From assembly GCA_000004985.1 (NCBI GenBank), contig GG738846.1: a DNA stretch of 64,000 nt; one strand, given 5' to 3'. Numbering within the stretch: position 1 is the first letter of the stretch; every line of letters begins with the position of its first letter. A program made the translations under genes and the position numbers. The DNA comes from Naegleria gruberi (lineage: Eukaryota). The notes under the pieces were generated by a model that was not told the DNA's origin, did no database searches, and saw only the letters and a list, made by a program, of their open reading frames with translations. Shown here in pieces: positions 11,824 to 22,997 of the stretch.

Positions 11824-14190
11824 TTATGTACTTTCGAACATGGCCTTAATCAAGTTAGGGAATCTTCCATTATCTGTTATAGTACATGCTGAGCATTCAA
11901 TATCTGATGGTGCATTACACCAATAATATCCAGAAAGAATATACAGATTTCCTCCAGCCCAGTTAAAGATTGGCAGAATAGCTGCTAGAATTGCAAAGAA
12001 TGTAACGACAGACTTTACAGAACCAGTTGTAAGTGGAGGTTTGGCAGCAATTTTAAGTAATCTAAACTTGTCCAAGTAAACTTCAAATATAGAGGCAACG
12101 AGTCCAATAAGAGTGATCAGTGGGAAGCTCACAAATCCATTGTAGACTAAATATTGACGATAGATTAGTTCCAAGTACTCTTCTGAAACATCAAAGTCTG
12201 GTTTTGGAACTGGGGTGTCATCTTTTTTAACCAATTCCTTAACTTTTCGAGCAATTAATGGGAATACCAATTCAACTAAAAATGCCATAGAAAAGTCAAT
12301 AAACATCTGAATCATGTACTGATTGCCCATTACCTTAATCACACAAGGAGTGGCAAAAAACCCCTTGGTGAAACCCATGACAAACACACTGAAAAGTTTA
12401 AAGAATAAGAATTTGAAAGTATTATGTTTTCTGTAGGATGACCATGTTTTGTGTCTCTCTGAAAAGTAGATATTAGAATCAATAAAGTAATTAACCAACA
12501 TACCAAAATTAGTGAGATAAGCACAAATCTTCTTCCAAATAAAAGACATTACAGAAATAACAACAGAAATACCAATTGAGATTGCCGTCAGAATGTTACC
12601 ATTAGCAGAGAAGGTTGAATCTGCCAATTCGTACATCGCATTAACATTTTGTAAAATTGTAAAGCCCATTGTAACGCTGAAAGAAATCATCATAAAGATT
12701 GCGAAAACTGAATAGCTCAATATCATTCTGAACAAGTATTCTAAAAGTCTTATTTTTTGATTCTCCTTAATTTTATCAGATTCAGAATCCAAGAAATTCT
12801 CTTCACAATCATACAGGTCTCTCTTTTCATAGTACGTGTGAATTATCCACCAGTACAATGGCCCAAACGCTAGACTAATTACGATACATAGAGCATTCGT
12901 TGAAATCCACACCCAATACAAACTTCTACTATACGTAGAGGCATACAATTGGTCAATGATGGACAGGTCAAAGGAAGAAAAGCTATTTGCAATATCTTGA
13001 TAATCAACTACAAGGTGGACGATGATATTAAAGAGTTGAATGCAAAACAAAAAGGCATTCAACACAATCATCAATCTAGCAAAATCAAAATAGAGTTTTA
13101 CACCCAATCCATAGGCATCTTCGATGGCTGACCATCTACAGAAAAAACTAAGCTTTTTCTCTTCCTTCTCTTCTTTTACAGGTTGAATATTGTTATTGGA
13201 AACAACAGCTGTCAGGGCTTTATCTCTTACAATGTATGGTTGCCCTTTCGGAGTCATCTTTACAATGTACCCTTGGTCTCTCAATTCTTGGATTGTCATT
13301 GGATCCATTCTGTGATTATTAATGTGAAGAAAGTTCTTGACACTATTGCTCTTTGATTTCATAGCATCATGAACATTCATTGTTGATTTTGTTTTTTCCT
13401 TATAATTTCTCCAAATTTGATATTGATTTCCATAGACTTCTCTGTTTCTTCTTCTAACGTCTTCCATATAGTCAGCTTCAAGACCTCTAATACGCATGTT
13501 CAATGTACTTGCTGTATTGTTAGTCCTGTCTAATCTATGATTTGGTCTCATTGGTCCACTGAGTTGCACCTGCTGTTGTTGCTGGGCCATTTGATCGAAA
13601 GTAACTCTCCTTACTTGTCTTTCTCCAGAAAAATCGCTTACATTTCCAACACTAACAGAATTTGGTGAGAGAATTAAGGACGGAGTATTGGTGGTGGTGG
13701 TTGTTGTTGTCATTACGAGAGGTTTATCTACATAGATAACTTCATCTTCGGAGGTTCCAGAATTTCTTCTAAATGTATTTGTGTCCATTCTGGAAGTTAG
13801 AATAACATTGTTATTGCTACTAACATAGCTAATTGGTTGTTGTTGTTGTAGATCCATCGATCGAGATAGCATTGTATTTCCTCCTTGCATTGATGTTCTC
13901 AGCGTATTGGTTCCATTCATTGATGATCGAAGTGTATTATTATTATTATTCATTGAGGCACGAAGTGTAGAGGCGTGTAACGAATTTCTTAAAGAATGAT
14001 CAGAACGAGGAGAGAGGGCTATTTGAGTCGGTATATGTACAACATTATAAGTTTCATTTGGATCATAGGGAATTTGAATAGTATGTGCTGATGGTATTGA
14101 GAGTCGAGGGGAGAGGGAGACGGTTGGCCTCATTGGCGAGCCCCGATTCGATGTAATACTATCTCTTCGGCTACTATTGTGTGGGGGCAT
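11824..14190 (-). CDS. multi-pass membrane protein (about 8 TM) with long low-complexity cytosolic N-terminus; possibly channel/scramblase-like (unresolved)
   Basis: ATG at 14190, 788-aa uninterrupted ORF. The first about 350 aa are S/N/Q/T-rich. Eight predicted hydrophobic helices follow (MIVLNAFLFCIQLFNIIV..., VVTFFAILAAILPIFNW). The segment EEYLELIYRQYLVYNGFVSF is faintly anoctamin/TMEM16-like but not diagnostic. Confidence 0.6.
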   Translation of the reverse strand: MPPHNSSRRDSITSNRGSPMRPTVSLSPRLSIPSAHTIQIPYDPNETYNVVHIPTQIALSPRSDHSLRNSLHASTLRASMNNNNNTLRSSMNGTNTLRTSMQGGNTMLSRSMDLQQQQPISYVSSNNNVILTSRMDTNTFRRNSGTSEDEVIYVDKPLVMTTTTTTTNTPSLILSPNSVSVGNVSDFSGERQVRRVTFDQMAQQQQQVQLSGPMRPNHRLDRTNNTASTLNMRIRGLEADYMEDVRRRNREVYGNQYQIWRNYKEKTKSTMNVHDAMKSKSNSVKNFLHINNHRMDPMTIQELRDQGYIVKMTPKGQPYIVRDKALTAVVSNNNIQPVKEEKEEKKLSFFCRWSAIEDAYGLGVKLYFDFARLMIVLNAFLFCIQLFNIIVHLVVDYQDIANSFSSFDLSIIDQLYASTYSRSLYWVWISTNALCIVISLAFGPLYWWIIHTYYEKRDLYDCEENFLDSESDKIKENQKIRLLEYLFRMILSYSVFAIFMMISFSVTMGFTILQNVNAMYELADSTFSANGNILTAISIGISVVISVMSFIWKKICAYLTNFGMLVNYFIDSNIYFSERHKTWSSYRKHNTFKFLFFKLFSVFVMGFTKGFFATPCVIKVMGNQYMIQMFIDFSMAFLVELVFPLIARKVKELVKKDDTPVPKPDFDVSEEYLELIYRQYLVYNGFVSFPLITLIGLVASIFEVYLDKFRLLKIAAKPPLTTGSVKSVVTFFAILAAILPIFNWAGGNLYILSGYYWCNAPSDIECSACTITDNGRFPNLIKAMFEST

Positions 14191-14506
14191 AATATTGGTG
14201 AAGAAAAAATAAGAGTTTTTCTTTTTGATTAATTTTCAACCACCACAACAGCATTTGAACATCACGTAAGACAGGCCTTGATGGGTAATAAAATAAAACC
14301 ACCGTTGTGCTAAGGAAAATCGGGAGACCCTTCTTTCTAATGCAAACACGCGTTGCACAAGTTCTTTTAGCGGGAATGTTGTTTCCTTAATAGAGTCCGT
14401 AATTGACGGTTTGATGGTTAAGGAAGTGTGAAGTCTCAACAACTGTATCAGTATTAAGAATCACAACCATTCGGAAAACATTAGATTGCTTAATATTTTT
14501 ATTGGC

Positions 14507-16545
14507 TTAGTAATTCTTTTTATTAGAGAGCTTGGACATTCTATTTGGATTGTTAATACTGATTGGACCCTTTTGGTAATAATTGTTATTATCACTTCTA
14601 GAATTTCTAAATCTCTTCTCGTAGGAATTTCTTCTCAATTGTCGTTTTCTTGCTTGTTCACCCTTCATTCTTTCAAGATTTTCTGAGGCATTCTCCACAT
14701 TAATGGTTGTGAGTGGTTGATTGGTTACCATGGCATATTGAATTGCCTTTGCCAATTCAGTTTCCATCTTTCTATTGAGCAAGCAAGTTACTCTTCCGTC
14801 AGCGCCCATTCTTCCTGTTCTTCCCACTCTATGCATATAGTCAATAGAATTAAGAGGGAAATCAAAGAGAACTACATGGTCAACTGGAGATACCAAGTCT
14901 AATCCTCTAGCTGCAATATCAGTGGTAACCATAACTCTTACTCTACCTGTACTGAAAGCATCAAATTCCTCAGCTTGTTTTGGAGCCATCATTTCACCAT
15001 GGAAACAAGCTGCTTCAAGTCCTGCTTCTGTAATGGAGTGATGGACTGCTCTACAACTCTTCACAGTATTACAGAAAATGAGTACTCTTTCAGGGGCTGA
15101 TCTATTGGTATTGTCTTTTTCCGTGTTGCTTGTTATCTTTGGACCAAAGTTAACAATTTGGACCTTGTTTGTAAAATATGTATCATTATCATCAAGCTCT
15201 GAAAGACTTTCTAATAGTGCTTGATTTTTGATGGATGGTGTTGCAGAGGAATCTTCTTCGGTTTTTTGTTTGGTTGGTAATTTGGTTCTGATCTTTAATA
15301 CTCTTTCCACTAAATACTTCAACTTGTCTTGATTATTAGCATTAAGAGTTATAAATCTTTGCTTGATATGTGATTGAGTCTTGTGCATATCCTTATCAAT
15401 TAAATAGAGTATCTTTGAGTCTTCAACTCGTTCAGTTGTCTCATCTGAAGCAGTGACACTTTCAGCAAGTGATGCAGCTTCTGATTCTCCAAAATAGTGT
15501 TTCAAAAATCGTTCAACATTTGCATTGTAAGTAGCAAATACAAATCCAAATTGGACAAACTCTTTCACATATTTTCCTCTTTCAATACATGGAACGACAA
15601 TCTTTTCGAGGTCTGGTAAAAAGTCCTTAGCACACAGAGTATCTGCCTCATCCAAAACTACAAATCTAATATCAGAAAAGTAAACATGACCATCACCATG
15701 CATTTTGGAGAAAATTTGTGGAGTGGTAACTACAAGATCACATTTTGAACTCAAATCTCTCTTCATCCTCGCTTTTGACATGTCACTTCTCAATAAAACA
15801 GCTCTAAATTTCATATAGTGACTCAAATATTTGGCAGTTTTGTGAATTTGTGTTGCCAATTCTCTTGTTGGTGCAACAATCAAAAATTTTGGTTTCTTAA
15901 TTTGAGTTTCCATTCCTTTAACACTTTCCAAATGTTTCATCTTTTTCAAAAGTGGTAACAAGTAAGAAAGAGTCTTTCCAGTACCAGTTTGTGCGCCAAT
16001 ACAAAAGTTTTTCTTTCTATTTCTTCTATGTAATAATTGTGCAATTGCCAATTCTTGAATACTTGATGGTGTGGTAATATTATTTTCTTGTAATCCTCTC
16101 ACCAACTCTGGTTCCAAGTGGAAACTGAAAAAGTGTTGATTCTTATTCTCTTCCTCCCTATGATGAATAAAATCATTTGATTCTTCTTCGGAGTGTGATA
16201 AAGCAACTGGTGGTTCCAAAAGGGTGAGTGGTTTATAATCTCTTCTGACTGATGTTGAAGATGACGATGACGAAGAGGACGATGAAGGAGAGGATGATCT
16301 TCCTGTTGTTGTATTCCTTCTTGATGAAGTAGATCTTGATGAAAAAGATGTTTTCTTATTATTATTGTAAGAATTGTTGTTGATGATGATGAACCTCGTA
16401 AATAGGAATTAATTAGTGAAGATGAGAACTTATTCACTTGTTGACCAAGTAACTTCGAAGCTGATGATGCATCAACAATGACTTGTTGCTTCTTGGAAAA
16501 AATTCCGCAATTGAAAGTGATTGGGTTGAGAATAAATTTCTTCAT
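14507..16545 (-). CDS. DEAD-box ATP-dependent RNA helicase with an S/K/R-rich (presequence-like) N-terminus, two exons: 16438-16545 and 14507-16354
   Basis: Helicase motifs present: Q motif (FHLEPELVRGLQENNITTPSSIQ), I (AQTGTGKT), Ia (PTRELATQI), II (DEAD), V (TDIAARGLD), VI (HRVGRTGR). The helicase ORF has no in-frame ATG before motif I. The ATG at 16545 (MKKFILNPITFNCGIFSKKQQVIVDASSASKLLGQQ, basic/hydroxylated) joins through an 83-nt GTGAAT...AATAAG intron (16355-16437) in phase 0 to KTSFSSRSTSSRRNTTTGRSSSPSSSS.... A 40-nt alternative intron gave a stop and was discarded. Confidence 0.8.
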
Positions 16546-16787
16546 TTTTTTAATATTTTACTTTTTTCAATATTCCACAAAATGATTGAAAATATTTTCG
16601 AAATTATTAAATATTTGGATTTTTACAAAAAAAAGGAATATAAATTTTATTTGAATGAATTTATAATTTGATTTTTTTTATTGGATAACATCAATAAAAG
16701 ATTTTTTCGTATTTTCTAAAGATGGAAATTGTCTTTTTTGATAATTTGTAATATTGGCAGATACTAATCAAAAAAAAATAGATCAAG

Positions 16788-17102
16788 ATGATTCGAACGG
16801 TTTGCAAATCAGTATACAACCATCGAATGGTTTCTCATTTGAAAAGATCAATACAAAATAATTCTAAACGAAACTATTGTCAATCACAGTGTAAACTCTT
16901 CACACCAATCATTGTGGAGAGTGGATCATGTCTGGAAGGTTTCTTTTCCAATACCAAACTAGAATTTGATATTGAAACTGGACAATTAATATCAGATTAT
17001 CAAGATCCAAAACAAGTTTCGATTAATGGAACAAGAAATGATACGAATGAGTCATTTAAACACCCATTGGATTCAGAAATTGATTTATTCAAACAAATCT
17101 AA
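16788..17102 (+). CDS. hypothetical small protein (104 aa)
   Basis: ATG at 16788 and a complete ORF in the 240-bp gap between divergent and convergent neighbours. No homology. It may be spurious. Confidence 0.25.
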   Translation: MIRTVCKSVYNHRMVSHLKRSIQNNSKRNYCQSQCKLFTPIIVESGSCLEGFFSNTKLEFDIETGQLISDYQDPKQVSINGTRNDTNESFKHPLDSEIDLFKQI

Positions 17103-17246
17103 ATCAAATTATGCATCCTTGCTTTCTGTCAATTGGATATCTTTGGTATCATTTTCAACGTTTCCATTTTGAGTTTCCTCTTCTTTCGTCTGCACATTTT
17201 CAACTCCTGCAACTAATAGCCTTTTTTTTCAGCTTCCCTCTTTGCT

Positions 17247-18265
17247 TTAGCAATAGCTCTTTGCAATAATAATGTAGTGAAGTTTGTTGTCAAATAAATA
17301 ATAATCCNNNNNNNNNNNNNNNNNNNNNNNNNNNNNNNNNNNNNNNNNNNNNNNNNNACAAGTACCCAAACTAATACCCAAATTGAACATACTTCCCAAT
17401 AATCCCATATATTTAGGGAATGGCATCAACTCGACAACATACACCGAAGAAACTGCAGTGAGGATCCCCCTTCCAAACCCAAAATGCATCTAAAGACAAT
17501 CAATGTAGAATATTGATATGATGCAGCAGCTCCAATTGATCCAATAATTGAAATTAAACAACTGAGAATGATGGATAACTTTCTACCGAGTACAGATCCT
17601 GTAAACATGGCAAACAAACATCCAAACAATCCACCAATAAAGATACTACTAGCAAACAATCCCTGTAATATAGTTGTATCAAGATTGAATGAACTATTAG
17701 TTGCAGTTTTGGTTGCATTTCCGTTCAGAGAGTTGTTAGAGCTCAAATCTCTGGAATCGTATAAGGATGTGGTCTTGATTTGCATACAATGACCAAAATG
17801 ATGATAATCAACCATTTTACCCAGGCTCATTGCATATGTTGCAACAGAGAGTAAACATTCAAGATTTGTCCATTGTCCCTTAGATATCCAATCATTGTTA
17901 TAGCCATAAGAATCCTCTCTTCTTAATGAATTATTAAGGGAAAGCAATTCAAAAGTGCTGAGTGAGGAGGAGCTGGTGTTTGTGGTTACTGGGGATGAAG
18001 ACGTATTGGAAGGGAAGAATGCTTGTGAGGCACTAATAAAAGCACCTCCAATCGTTCCTAAAGCATAGCCATATAATAAACCTCCGAGCAAGTTGGTAAG
18101 AATTAGACAAATTGCAAGAAAAACTCTCTTTGACTTGCTATTGTTTTATATAAATAGGGTTAATGGTTGTTATTGTAATAAAAAATAGTAAATAATTACG
18201 TACATGTAACTTTCATACTTCTCAATATATTTGAGTGTATAGAATAATTTAATAGGGTTCTTCAT
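17247..18265 (-). CDS. MFS sugar-porter-like transporter (N-terminal half), interrupted by an N-gap and one apparent frameshift; exon 1 18204-18265, intron 18138-18203
   Basis: MFS signatures: TM1 RVFLAICLILTNLLGGLLYGYALGTIGG, LGRKLSIIL, FRCILGLEGG, VYVVELMPFPKYMG. The ATG at 18265 (MKNPIKLFYTLKYIEKYESY) joins through a GTACGT intron in frame to KSKRVFLAI.... Track ORFs 17426-18091 and 17247-17489 overlap in different frames at a GGAAGGGGGATCC run near 17460. The N-gap at 17308-17357 removes the remainder; the C-terminal half was not found. Confidence 0.6.
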
Positions 18266-18562
18266 GCTTATTAATAATAATTAATGGAAAACACGATGAA
18301 GGGATATATATTAAGGATGACTGTCAGATACACACTATGGCTAGATAAACGCAATGGTTACTGTGTACACAATTTTATCGAACAGAAAAACAGGCGAAAG
18401 CATATCCAATTTAGAAATGCTGCCAACATATATGGTGTTAGGCACCGTATTTCAGTCCATTTACAAGAGTAAATTTATACGGTTACGAGCATTGGAAACC
18501 TGTTGTTGGGAAATGTTAATGCACGCAGTTATCCTGCTGTGTTTATTTTGAGGATCATGTGG

Positions 18563-19612
18563 TTATAAGTTGTTAGAGAGAGGATAACATTTCAACACTT
18601 GCAAGTTGTTCATGAAGGGGCTTTGTTGAATGAATTGCTTTCCCTCTCGCCCAATCTTACAGAATGTTAAATCGAGGGATTGCAATAGAGACATGGATGA
18701 TCCCTCTCCAATGTATTTAACACCTTGACAACCAATCTTGCTGAATGTTAAATTAAGATGTTGCAATCTCAACATGAAAGGACTGTTGGCAATAAGTTTA
18801 CAGCCCTCATTAGTTATTTCGCAATGAGACAAATCCAAACTTTCTAGGTTTGATAAATTTCTACTCTCCATCAATTCTCTTAAACCATTAAACCCCACAT
18901 TACTAAATGTAAAATCCAAAACTTTCAATTGATTGAGATATGGGCTGGATGCAATGTATCTGGCTCCATCATCTCCCACAGTACAATTTCGTAAGTTGAG
19001 ATGAGTTAAATTGGCCAGTGGTGGACTCCTTGATAGTATTCTAATACTCTCACAATTTAAGGAACAATCACACAAATTCAATGTCTCTAGATTGGGTAAA
19101 TTTGTTGAGGAAGCTAGAGATTTTATACCTTCCAAGCCAATGTCACATCCAGATAAGTTGAGTGATTTGATATTCATCAGATATCTGCTCTGACAAAGGG
19201 CCCGTATCCCCTCTGTTCGCATCCTACTTCTATGCAAATTCAAATGTTGCAAGTTAGACAGAACACGACTCTGAACGAGTGAACTAATGCCTTCATCACC
19301 TAAAGGATGAAAACTCAAATCCAAATCACACACCTTCTTCATCCATCGATTGTCTGCAATAATTTCACCCAATTTGTGATTCAAACGAGGTGCAATTTTG
19401 ACTCTGAGTGGCAGCATAAAACAACAAGATTGCCACTGTCTATTCACCAAGCAACACTGTTTCAAAATCTCTCCTGATTGCAAATAATGTAAAATTTCCA
19501 CAATCATTTCATACGGCAAGTGATGAGTGGTGTGTTGATTTGTTGTTTGTTGGATCTTACTCATGCTAACATCCTTGACCTCATGCTGTTCATTGAGGCA
19601 AGTTACCAACAT
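18563..19612 (-). CDS. F-box / RNI-type leucine-rich-repeat protein (349 aa)
   Basis: ATG at 19612. F-box core LPYEMIVEILHYL is followed by more than 8 LRRs of the LNLSGCDIGLEGIKSLA / LNLRNCTVGDDGARYIA type. Confidence 0.7.
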   Translation of the reverse strand: MLVTCLNEQHEVKDVSMSKIQQTTNQHTTHHLPYEMIVEILHYLQSGEILKQCCLVNRQWQSCCFMLPLRVKIAPRLNHKLGEIIADNRWMKKVCDLDLSFHPLGDEGISSLVQSRVLSNLQHLNLHRSRMRTEGIRALCQSRYLMNIKSLNLSGCDIGLEGIKSLASSTNLPNLETLNLCDCSLNCESIRILSRSPPLANLTHLNLRNCTVGDDGARYIASSPYLNQLKVLDFTFSNVGFNGLRELMESRNLSNLESLDLSHCEITNEGCKLIANSPFMLRLQHLNLTFSKIGCQGVKYIGEGSSMSLLQSLDLTFCKIGREGKQFIQQSPFMNNLQVLKCYPLSNNL

Positions 19613-20205
19613 TTTTTGGGTGAATATCCTTAATATACTGGTTGTTTGTTGTGGATATGGAAACGTAATATTGTATGCTTAATTTGAGCATGAATCCCTT
19701 TACTGTGACAACGTATTCGAGAAAGTGAGAATACGTCCTTTGCTCAAAATACAAGTTAATACATCCATCTAGATTTTTCTTAACAGCGCTGTCATAGATG
19801 AATTAACTTGTACCTATGGGCATTGTAAACAAACTTACTCAAAACGTTTTCCTTATCATTTTTTATCAAGATTCCAGTCACATCCATCTAGAACGAAGTA
19901 CTCCACATATCAAAACTCCTGTCTTCTACAATTTTTTATGCTATGATTTTACAATAGCAACAAAAGCCACCTTTTACTGGAAGTTTTGAATCAAAAGATT
20001 TTTTGAATTTATGTAACAACAATCGAATTATTATCAGATAATCTGTCTTTATAAAACAATCAATGGACAGAAAATGGCATCAATATTCCTTGAATATAAA
20101 ATCATTGAACAAATAAAACATGATAGAAATGTTGCAACATGAAATTATAATAATAATTAATTTAAAAAAAATATTTTGATCATCACCACAACAAATCAGA
20201 CGACG

Positions 20206-21495
20206 ATGATGATGGAAGAATCGACAACAACAAGCAATCAAACACACATTCACGATTTGCCAACAGAGGTGATCGAGTTAACCTTTTCATTCTTGGGTAC
20301 AATTCCCTTGATGAGAAGTGTTTATCCTTCCTGTAGGAGATTCCACGAAATTATCAATGAAAGTGTAGTAAATTGGATGAGTTTAGAATTGTTCCCATTC
20401 ACTGATGGATATCAAGATGATGATAATTTTAAACTTGTAGATTTTGAAAATCCAATCAAGAAGCGTAACATTTCCAGCAGTGGTTTGATTAAACTTTTTG
20501 ACTTGTTGGTTCCAAAGTTTGGTAGCAAATTCCGTGATTTATCATTAACTTTTTCATCATTATTTACTTGTTCACCACCAGTTTTTGAAATGATCAGCAC
20601 ACATTGTACCAATATTAAATCCCTCAAAATTGAAGCACCTTCTTCCGGACGTCCAGCAATGGCTGCTAATTTATTGAAGGTTTTGGAGGCTTCTAGCTCA
20701 AATATTCAAGAACTTATTGTTCATGGAGGCTTTCCTCATTCTGATTTTCCTGCAATTTCAAAAGTAATTGGTAAAACTTTAAAGTCACTCTATATTGAAG
20801 AAAAGGAAGAAACAGAAGGTCACTCAACTCACTGTCCACAAGATAGAGATGCCTCTTATCAATATGTAGAGTTGGAACATTTGTATTTGGGTGGTGTAAA
20901 AGTTGACAAGGCTTTCTTGGAATCATATTTTAAGAATAGTTCCAAGTTAAAGTCAATAGTATTTGATCAATGTCATTTGAACATTGAGGCTATCATTGAC
21001 TTTTTAACTACATCTGAAGTAGTTAATAATGTACAACATTTAGAGTTCCTTTGTTGCTCCTTGAATACCAAAGTTATTCCAACCATGAATATGTGGGGAA
21101 GAATCTTTGACAAATGTCCAAACCTTGTTAATTTATTCATTCATTGTTCCAGTCCTTCTGACAACACTCAAGAGTATGATTTGTGCTTTGGAGATGCAGA
21201 AATAACAGCCTGTGTTGACAAGTGTAAAAAGCTTGAAGTATTAGACATTCGTAATAGTAGCATGAGTGGAAAGTTCTTCAAAGATCTTCAAAAAGCCAAA
21301 AAGTTGGAAACTCTCATTATGGAATCTAAAAATTGGAACATGTCAAACATTCTTACAGAACATGGCAGCCCAATTTATAGTCATTCTATTAAGAATTTGT
21401 GCATGTATGGAGATAAGTGTGATAACTCTTTGGAAAAGCCAATTTCTACTTTATTTCCAACAGTTGAGTTTGTACACTTTGACAAATTTGCTTAA
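20206..21495 (+). CDS. F-box domain protein with LRR-like C-terminal region
   Basis: First ATG at 20206 (the track start at 20176 is TTG). F-box motif LPTEVIELTFSFLGTIPLMRSV, then Leu/Cys-rich repeats. Confidence 0.6.
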   Translation: MMMEESTTTSNQTHIHDLPTEVIELTFSFLGTIPLMRSVYPSCRRFHEIINESVVNWMSLELFPFTDGYQDDDNFKLVDFENPIKKRNISSSGLIKLFDLLVPKFGSKFRDLSLTFSSLFTCSPPVFEMISTHCTNIKSLKIEAPSSGRPAMAANLLKVLEASSSNIQELIVHGGFPHSDFPAISKVIGKTLKSLYIEEKEETEGHSTHCPQDRDASYQYVELEHLYLGGVKVDKAFLESYFKNSSKLKSIVFDQCHLNIEAIIDFLTTSEVVNNVQHLEFLCCSLNTKVIPTMNMWGRIFDKCPNLVNLFIHCSSPSDNTQEYDLCFGDAEITACVDKCKKLEVLDIRNSSMSGKFFKDLQKAKKLETLIMESKNWNMSNILTEHGSPIYSHSIKNLCMYGDKCDNSLEKPISTLFPTVEFVHFDKFA

Positions 21496-21511
21496 AACTG
21501 AAACAAATAAA

Positions 21512-22997
21512 CTAAGAATCATATTTAACCTTCTTCTTTGGCTGAATATTTGCATCACTGCCACCATAAATTGCAGACGAGTCCTCTTCGTGATAACGTT
21601 TTAAAAGCTCTGAAATTTCACCACAATACTGGTTTGGAATGGGTAAAATGCATGGTTGAAAGAATTGAGCAATTTCTTTGAGTGATTCAATTTCTTCGTA
21701 TGGAGCAACACATGATCTAAAGAATAACTTTCCATTACCCACATCAAAATCTGGGCATTCAATTGAAGGAAGTGTATCTTCATCCACATTTAAAAATTCT
21801 TCATTAAATAGAATGTTGGTAATACTTTGTGATCTGGGATAGAGGGGTGGAGGAACATAATTTTTCTTATTAAAAGCATCAATATCATGTAATAATTGAT
21901 GGTCGTAATCTGACATTGTTGTAAAGAAGGATGATTCACAACTTTCACATTGATAAATATAGAATGGTTGATCTCGTATGTACAAGACACTTGAAAATGG
22001 TTCAAGTGCCAAATTAGTGTTAGATTGGGAAGCTCGTTTCTTTAGTACTACTGAGCTAGCATTGCTGGAGCTTTGATTATCAGTTTCAACATAATAATCC
22101 TCATTCCCTTCATATGGGCATGTAATGATGATATCTACAAAGGAATTACTGTACAATTGTTTTTGTTGATTCACCAAATTTGTTTTAAATCTCTATATAT
22201 CATGATTAGAATTATTTTCATGATGAGAAAAATTCACGTACCTTTTTGTTGTTCTTAATACGAATATAATTTGGATAGTCAAATTGACGAATATATTCTG
22301 ATATTTGAAGAAAACCTTGCTCCTTTGAAATTTCCTCTGGTGAAGTATTGTCAATAAAAGGAGAACATCTGACATTCTTATTGGCTCCCATTTTCAAAAG
22401 ACGTCTAACAACTCGGAATTTACCATTATACGAAGCAATCCAGAGTGCTGTTTGTTTGAGACTTCCACTGTTTGGTTCATCAATATTAGCTCCATTTCTA
22501 ACTAGAAACTTTACAATGTAATAATGCCCTTCATTGGCTGCATTATATAGAGCTGCTTCATCATATCTGTCTTTGGCATTGATATCCACTCCTTCTCGGA
22601 AAAGCTTTAAAGCTTGCACTAAATTTCCGTCAGAGCAAGCATTAACAAACTTTTTCACCTTCTTTTCCTTTACATCTGGATCCCAGTCGGGAAATTTAAT
22701 TCCACTCGTACTTATCTTCCTCTTCACATTATTGGCTGAGGATGAATTAACATTATTTACATTAAATCCACTACTAATCGATGATCTATTATTATTATTA
22801 TTATTACTATCATCATCGTCCTCCGTACTATCATCATGACTTGAATTTTCCACAATCTCCTGCACCATCATCATCCCTCCAACAACATTATTCATCATCA
22901 CGTTATTATTATTATTATTAGATAACAACCCCGCAGCAGTTGAAGTCATCACACAAGACAACAAGGCTGAGGAATCATCACGCGGAGGTGGTTGCAT
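21512..22997 (-). CDS. ankyrin-repeat protein, two exons: 22242-22997 and 21512-22192
   Basis: ATG at 22997 (MQPPPRDD...). Ankyrin repeats GNLVQALKLFREGVDINAKDRYDEAALYNAANEGHYYIVKFLVRNGANID...TALWIASYNGKFRVVRRLLKMGANKN. A GTACGT donor sits immediately after ...IKNNKK (22241-22236) with an ATATAG acceptor, giving a 49-nt phase-0 intron (22193-22241). This joins to track ORF 21512-22177, which has no ATG of its own (RFKTNLVNQQKQLYSNSF...). The junction is inference. Confidence 0.5.

Noticed and set aside
14236-14442. 68-aa minus-strand ORF (MLRLHTSLTIKPSITDS...CCCGG) as a protein-coding gene
   Set aside because: It lies in a GC-rich structured spacer, has no ATG-supported context and carries an implausible poly-Cys/Gly tail. 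It is treated as a non-coding candidate instead.
16321-16437. 40-nt GT...AG intron (ggttcat...aataag) as the link between the helicase leader exon and core
   Set aside because: The spliced frame runs into TAA after about 45 codons. The 83-nt GTGAAT...AATAAG alternative is in phase and open.
17103-17250. Possible hydrophilic C-terminal tail of the MFS transporter (AGVENVQTKEEETQNGNVENDTKDIQLTESKDA) downstream of the gap
   Set aside because: It requires an extra base in an A8 homopolymer and still leaves about six transmembrane helices unaccounted for. Too speculative to annotate.
18284-18560. GC-richer spacer with C/D-box-like strings (cgatgaagg ... ctga) as a snoRNA
   Set aside because: The box matches are imperfect and the spacing is not canonical. 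It is more simply the 3' UTR of the LRR gene or the promoter of the MFS gene.
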